DNA of 64,000 nt from Eledone cirrhosa (taxonomy: Eukaryota). Position 1 is the first letter of the stretch, and every line of letters starts with the position of its first letter. The notes beneath the pieces were generated by a model. That model saw only the letters and a program-made list of their open reading frames with translations, ran no database searches and was not told where the DNA came from. Below are positions 56,570-64,000 of this stretch, piece by piece. Made by a program: the position numbers and the translations under genes. The stretch is from contig OZ024742.1 of the NCBI GenBank assembly GCA_964016885.1, positions 190,340,001-190,404,000 of the forward strand, written 5' to 3'.

Positions 56570-57137
56570 CTCCCTCCCACTATGGTCAATTTAATTCTCT
56601 TTAACTCACTACATTCCACGACTTGAAGTCTACATATCAAAACTGATCAAGGAATCCTTCCACCTCTACCCCTCCCTTCGTCTCAGTTTGTCACTCTACT
56701 TCCTAACTCTTCTCCCCTTTCCTCTCTCTCTCTATACTATTCCGTTTGTCCCCTCACCTTCTAATTCCTCTTCCTCTCTCTCTATACTAGTAAATACAAT
56801 TCCTAAAAAATGTTTTTCTCTATATATTAAGAACTATTTCAAGAGTAACTTACTCACCATTTTGAAAATTTGGACTGTGAACAACAATTATAATTGAGTG
56901 GCTGCTATTTGCAGTATAGCAATATAAGGTTGCACTTACCAATGAAACGGTCGTAAATACCTGGATAAAATCCTTCTCTTAATGCTTACCTGTGTTTTCT
57001 CTTTTATACTTTATACTCCAAGATTGAACGGAATTCTAACAAACTTGTAGAGTTACCCCTAACCGTACGTTGAAATCATCCACGAAACTGGCTTTCTTAA
57101 CCACGAACTGGATCTCAATAACCAATTTTCTGCTTCC

Positions 57138-57142
<5 letters not shown>
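55942..57142 (+). mobile_element. PLE remnant: ~195-bp inverted repeats around a Naiad-like C-terminus
   Basis: Arms 55942-56136 and 56811-57007; KLLNNKIERSIYCNHRLKEK at ~56137-56195 resembles the LLNKRSE..CRH end of Naiad ORFs; half hammerhead GAAACGGTCGTA. Confidence 0.65.
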
Positions 57143-57217
<75 letters not shown>

Positions 57218-57236
57218 ATATATATGTATGTATATA

Positions 57237-57309
<73 letters not shown>

Positions 57310-57444
57310 ACAAATAACGAAACGAAATTAAATTTCGTTTCGTTTGTAACTCACTTTTGTATGACTGACGCTTAAACAATTAAGTTAAAAATGTACATCT
57401 ACATATGCATACTGAAATACTAGTGTGTATATGAATACACACAC

Positions 57445-57484
<40 letters not shown>

Positions 57485-57551
57485 GACGTAAAATAAAAAA
57501 ATATTTTTTTAAAAAAAATTTAAAAAAAATTTTTTTCTTACTTAAATTTTC

Positions 57552-57633
57552 ACTCCAACTAATTAGTTTCTGCAATGGGATAAAGACAGTTACGTAATCC
57601 AACTGTCGAGAATTCATTGCGTCATCAGGAAGT
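57552..57633 (-). ncRNA. Type I hammerhead with extended stem II
   Basis: ACTTC-CTGATGA-CGCAATG..GACAGTT..AACTGTC..CATTGCA-GAA ACTAATTAGT T-GGAGT. Confidence 0.75.
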
Positions 57634-58110
57634 CTATTCTCAGTTAAGTCTCCAGGCAATGCGCGGACACTGGCGGCTCATATAAAAATAATAATAATTC
57701 GGTAGATCGAACAGCTTGCGAGGACTGGATTCTATGTACCGAAATTCTCACTGCTTCAAGTCAAATGGCCGATTCTAAAGAATCAATCACGTGACACAGA
57801 GGCTAGTTAGAAGGAATGGGATGGTAAGATGACTGACGCCTACTAACACCCCAAAAAAAAATTTTTTTAGAAGTGGTTTTGACAAGTTTGCTCGACAAAT
57901 CAGTGATTTGGAGATAAATATAGATAATTTAATATATCAACTAACATAAGCGCACAGATGCACGCCCATGCCAGCAAATACACAGGTTATGTCATAGTAC
58001 CTAGGTGGTTCAATGCAGGAGAATGCAGAACAATAATATAAAGGACGTAAAATAAAAAAATATTTTTTTAAAAAAAATTTAAAAAAAATTTTTTTCTTAC
58101 TTAAATTTTC

Positions 58111-58192
58111 ACTCCAACTAATTAGTTTCTGCAATGGGATAAAGACAGTTACGTAATCCAACTGTCGAGAATTCATTGCGTCATCAGGAAGT
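58111..58192 (-). ncRNA. Type I hammerhead (tandem partner)
   Basis: Identical to 57552-57633. Confidence 0.75.
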
Positions 58193-58457
58193 CTATTCTC
58201 AGTTAAGTCTCCAGGCAATGCGCGGACACTGGCGGCTCATATAAAAATAATAATAATTCGGTAGATCGAACAGCTTGCGAGGACTGGATTCTATGTACCG
58301 AAATTCTCACTGCTTCAAGTCAAATGGCCGATTCTAAAGAATCAATCACGTGACACAGAGGCTAGTTAGAAGGAATGGGATGGTAAGATGACTGACGCCT
58401 ACTAACACCCCAAAAAAAAAAATTTTTTTAGAAGTGGTTTTGACAAGTTTGCTCGAC

Positions 58458-58648
<191 letters not shown>

Positions 58649-59013
58649 TATATTGTTTATATTTTTTAAATACTTACTTATTTCTATTTTTATTTTTATT
58701 TTCATTTTTCCCGCCCTTTCGTGTTCTTCCTGTTAACTTCCTCCTTACTACCCTCCTCACTCCCTGTCGGAGTTCCTCCCTACTTTCCTGATGAAGGTGA
58801 AGGACATATGTCCGAAAGTCCAAAACATGTTAACCCCCCCCCCCACACACACACTCTCACCAAACGGGAAGCTAATAACACTATGTACTATTGGCTCTTG
58901 CGTTTGTTCGTTTGTCCTTTTAAACTATATATATATATATAGAAAAAGAGATGAAATCGAAAATGCAACTGGAGTCTTATTTTTAAAAAAAAAGTATATA
59001 TATTTATTTGGTT

Positions 59014-59051
59014 CCTTTACCGGTTTCGCAGTTCTTCTGCTTTTCAAAAGG
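59014..59051 (-). ncRNA. Minimal type I hammerhead, U3-A8 variant
   Basis: CCTT-TTGAAAA-GCAG AAGAA CTGC-GAAA CCGG TA-AAGG; lies between inverted repeats 58941-58984 and 59085-59128. Confidence 0.85.
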
Positions 59052-59193
59052 TGAGTTGAGATGGAGGGTCTGTGGTTTTTCTAAAAAAATAAGACTCCAG
59101 TTGCATTTTCGATTTCATCTCTTTTTCTTTATACTTTCACTCGTGTAGGACACCTCGGTTATTTTTCATTTTGTAAAAATAACCTCACTTTCT

Positions 59194-59234
<41 letters not shown>

Positions 59235-59536
59235 GACATATTGCATAATATCGACGCGATGGTCCAGGTTTGTCAAATTATCCTGAGTCGGTTTTCTCGT
59301 AGCTTTGGTCCCTGTGGCTGGCTTACCGGTCGCAATCTTCAATTTGCAAAGCTGTCTAAACGTAATGTTATTACTCTAAGGTAAAATACATTATTGAGTG
59401 CTTAGCTGACATTCCAATTGCATTCGTTAGCTTAGCTGCAGTCAGAGCTTCGATTATGCTGAACTTCCATTTGTATATATATATATTACAAAATAACAGG
59501 AGGTTGAACTGGTGTAAATCTTTGAAAGGTTTATTA

Positions 59537-59592
59537 TACTATGATCATTTCAATGACCGAGTTCAGTATGAATCCTGTGACATCATCAGGTA
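59537..59592 (-). ncRNA. Degenerate minimal hammerhead
   Basis: TAC-CTGATGA-imperfect stem II-GAAA T GATC A TA-GTA. Confidence 0.5.
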
Positions 59593-59923
59593 ATTCAAAA
59601 TATAACGAAGGAATATAACAAATAAAAATCCATGGTGTTTAAATCAGAGATAGCAGGGCAGCCGGCAATTTAGCAGCTTCTAGCTCCGAGAGAGAGAGAG
59701 ATAGAGATAGAGAGATAGAGAGAGAGAGAGAGACAGACAGACAGAAAGAGAGGAGGAGAGAAAGAGAGCGAGGGAGAGAGAGGCAGCCTAGAGAGTCAGA
59801 GAGTGGGAGGCTAGAAATGTGTGAAGAAGGAAAAGAATGGTGACTAGGAAAAAGTATAGATTACAAAGTGTGTATGTGTCTGTATGTATGTGGGTATGCA
59901 TGTGTGCGAATGTGTCTCTGTCG

Positions 59924-59971
<48 letters not shown>

Positions 59972-62223
59972 CATAAGTATCTGAAGTTGTTGGACATGTC
60001 TATGTCTACATAAATGCTGCTAGTGCATACATTTGTCAAATACAAATATTTTCAAATTCTACAGTAGGTTTTATTTTACCTTTTACTTCTAATAGTATCG
60101 TGTAGATGTAAGAAAGCATGTGATATTAGCGAACCTGTCAACTCTCCCCGTCCGACGAGGACGTCTCCTAACCATTTTTGGTTGGGTGAGATATGTCTTC
60201 TCTTGTGAAAATGGGTATAGCTTTTGTTATGTAAAATCTACCCATTTTGCCTCATTTTTCCTCGTTTTGGAGCAGATTTTTTCATGGTACTCTCCGTTTT
60301 GGATTTTAGAGTTTGGCAGGTCTGGATATTAGAAACAACGAAACGAAAACAAAATAGGACAAATAACACTTAAAACAAAGCAAAAAACCTTCCGATTGTC
60401 AGTAGTGACCCCCCCCCCCTCACAATAAAAAAAAATACTAAGGTCGCCTTGAAACATGAGGCAAGTGCATTCTCCCAATTGAACTCTACAGTTCATACTC
60501 AAGCAGTACCGTTTCACTCGCCCCAAGTTCTCCACTATTATTCACCTTGCAACAAATTTGCTGGAAAGCAAAACTGCTCCGCCTCAATATCTTGAGGAAT
60601 GTGTCTGTCTCAGCCATTTCAACTCCGAACCCAACAGAACCACTTTCGACAACGCAGAAGAAACAGATATTTTGGTACTCTCCTTCTTCTTGTCTTCCGC
60701 ATCATATTACAGTTTCAGTTTCCGTGGTCTTATTTGCACCAGTCACCAATCTGGTACTTTGTCAAACCCACGAAGACTAGGCTGTTTTAGAGGCGGCCTT
60801 TACTCGCCTCGTTGTGGCTACGTCACTACGTTGTGGAAGTTTTATTTACTGGATCGATGACATAAAGTACCAGTAATGCACTGGGGTTTATTCAATCGAC
60901 TTTCCCATCTTCCAAAATTGTTGGCCTTGAGCCTAAATCAGAAACCAATATTGTTCTTCTTAAACAAGGATTGCGTACCTTGTCATCTCATCAACATAAA
61001 CGTTAGTAACTATATAAGCAGCAGCGTCTCTTTTCATGGATAGCATATAAGTGGAATTTACCTCCTCACAACTGTAACTAAACTGATACGTGTGAAGAGC
61101 GAGCACTTTTGTTTCCCATATACTTACACATGTATGTATGTTTGTATGTTCTCTGGTTTTATAATTTCACAAATTTTTCCCAATAAGCCCAAGACTCTCT
61201 AATTGGGATTTACACATCATCAACTAGGTAGATATGTATGCATGTCTGCATGCATGCATGTGTAGATATGGATGTCATTGTATGTGTGGATGTGTATGTT
61301 TTGAGTTGTATGTGTGCATGTGTATATGCTTTGTATCTGTACATGTGTATATGCAGTTATTAGATGCAAAATGTTTGGAATGTTTTACATGTTTTTTACT
61401 GTTCCATTAATGGATTGTACTTGTATGTATGTATGTATTGTATGTATGATTGTACTTGTATGTATGTATGTATGTATGTATGTATGTATGTATGTATTTA
61501 TGTTTTATGTATGCATGTGTGTATGTTTGTAAGGCTGTCTGAATGTCTGTATGCATATATAAGTGCGTGTGTGTGTGTATGTGTGTGTGTATGTGTGTGT
61601 ATATGTGTGTGTGTGTTTATATACATATATGTATATATATATGTATATATATATATATACGGGATAACAGGTTTTCGTTATAGGCAGAGTCCACTTAGAT
61701 GTAGTCCAGTTAGAATACTCCGTGTAGTGGATGGTATTAACGTATGGCTTAGTTTGACTCAACAAGACGTTTCCATAGTGATGCTGCGAGTTCGCGGTGA
61801 TTTCGATGTAGGTTATACTTGGAGTAATAATAATTCAAGAAAGAATGGTTGGCTATACAATAAGGGCTTTATTCACATTGCTGACAATTGTTTCTTTGAT
61901 CTGGTGGGTCAAGAGTTCGCTAATCGCTTGATGTTGCATTAATCGATATCCAATACTTTGTTTATAACCAGTCGTTTCATCAGAGCGTGCGGAAGTGAGG
62001 AAAATACTCAAGGCATGGCTTTTATAGAGGAGTGGTATTAAACCAGAACAATAATATCAATAATAAAATAACTAGATACTGAATAGTTAGACTAATAACA
62101 TCAATATAAGTAAGAAATAGAGTGTAATGATAAATCTAGCATATTAAACGAACTGATATGATACAGATGTATGGAATTGACATGTGAAAACTGCTATAGG
62201 GTACATGTCACTCTTCTTTCTTG

Positions 62224-62264
<41 letters not shown>

Positions 62265-62394
62265 TATGTATACGTACATACATATATGTATACAGAGGTA
62301 CAGTAGTATGTATATATACACATACATGCACACATATATATATGTACGTATGGATTTACCGAACATTATATATATGTGCATGTATGTATATATA

Positions 62395-63037
<643 letters not shown>

Positions 63038-63410
63038 GTTATATAGAGATATATATGTTTATATATGTATGTATATATGTATGCATCTAAGTATGTATGA
63101 CTTCCAGCAACATATATATCTTTTTAATATTATATTTGATCATTATTTTGAACACAATCTACATGAATTAACATTACTGCATTTCAAAACTGAAGCCAAA
63201 CTAAAAATAGGTGAAAATAACAAATAAACCACAATAACACAACTTATATCTTTACAAACATATAACATACTCTGGTATGTTATGTTTGTATTATTTGTTG
63301 TGTATACATATTTGTTAAATGTAAATTCCATATTACATGTAACGATATAAAAACACAAAATACATATTAATGTTATAAAAATATAGTTTATGATAGCAGT
63401 ATAAAATTCA

Positions 63411-63503
<93 letters not shown>

Positions 63504-63878
63504 TAAAGATATAAAAATAAAATACATGCAAATATAAAGTGTATGCCACTGCTATAAAAAGGTTATACACGTTGAAGGTAAAAAATAAAATTTATTTTAT
63601 CGCTGTAAAAATACAAGTTAACGCTATACAAATACAAAAAGTATAATATATATAGAAACATTTAAATATTTTTCTGCAGCAGAGAATTTGATTGAAACTG
63701 GTGAGGTTTCGTTAGGTAAAGTTGAAATCAACGACGCGTTATATATATATATATATATATATATTAATAAAAGGAATTCCAACTTTGTCTGATTTACTCG
63801 TTTTATTTACAATCCTTTAAAATTATAATGATATTATAATGAAATAGTATGGTAGAATATTAAATGTTAAATGTTAAT

Positions 63879-63917
63879 TGAACAAGTACTTTCATGCTTT
63901 CGCAATCTTCAGGTTCA
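63879..63917 (-). ncRNA. Minimal type I hammerhead ribozyme
   Basis: TGAAC-CTGAAGA-T TGC GAAA GCA T-GAAA GTAC TT-GTTCA; adjoins a palindrome that runs off the window end. Confidence 0.82.
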
Positions 63918-64000
63918 TATTCAGTGGTGACAGTCAAGTTTGCAATTTTCAACTCTGAAATTTGCAATTGAAAATTGCAAACTTGACTGTCACCACTGAA

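Noticed and set aside
58786-58835. CTGATGAAGG..GGAC..GTCC AAAACATGTTA hammerhead-like motif
   Set aside because: GAAA is mutated or ambiguous and stem I is absent; at best a dead remnant.
61364-61942. 192-aa ORF with a non-repetitive C-terminal half
   Set aside because: The N-terminal half is microsatellite and the remainder has no recognisable motif; likely a decayed element fragment.

Overview
Eukaryotic, AT-rich, microsatellite-saturated DNA made almost entirely of transposable elements; the SINE family and repeat landscape suggest an octopod cephalopod (inference). No intact host protein-coding gene is evident. Main contents: a full-length but decayed Tx1/L1-clade LINE (12.7-18.5 kb) plus stacked fragments, all sitting in (TATC)n; a near-complete decayed Naiad-type Penelope-like element (PLE, 3.6-6.45 kb) and several other PLE remnants with inverted or tandem pseudo-LTRs; many tRNA-derived SINEs, including a 6-copy tandem array; three copies of a ~610-bp bipartite RTE-derived non-autonomous element; RLE-type LINE ends, mini-MITEs and Helitron ends. 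The most notable hidden layer is about 20 minimal type I hammerhead ribozyme (HHR) motifs found by eye, from roughly 10 families. Four families carry the non-canonical U3-A8 core (UUGANAA). One of these forms a ~319-nt tandem, retrozyme-like array nested 3-2-1 inside a macrosatellite. A recurrent family of fold-back palindromes is centred exactly on hammerhead stem II. All calls are by manual reading; no searches or folding programs were run.
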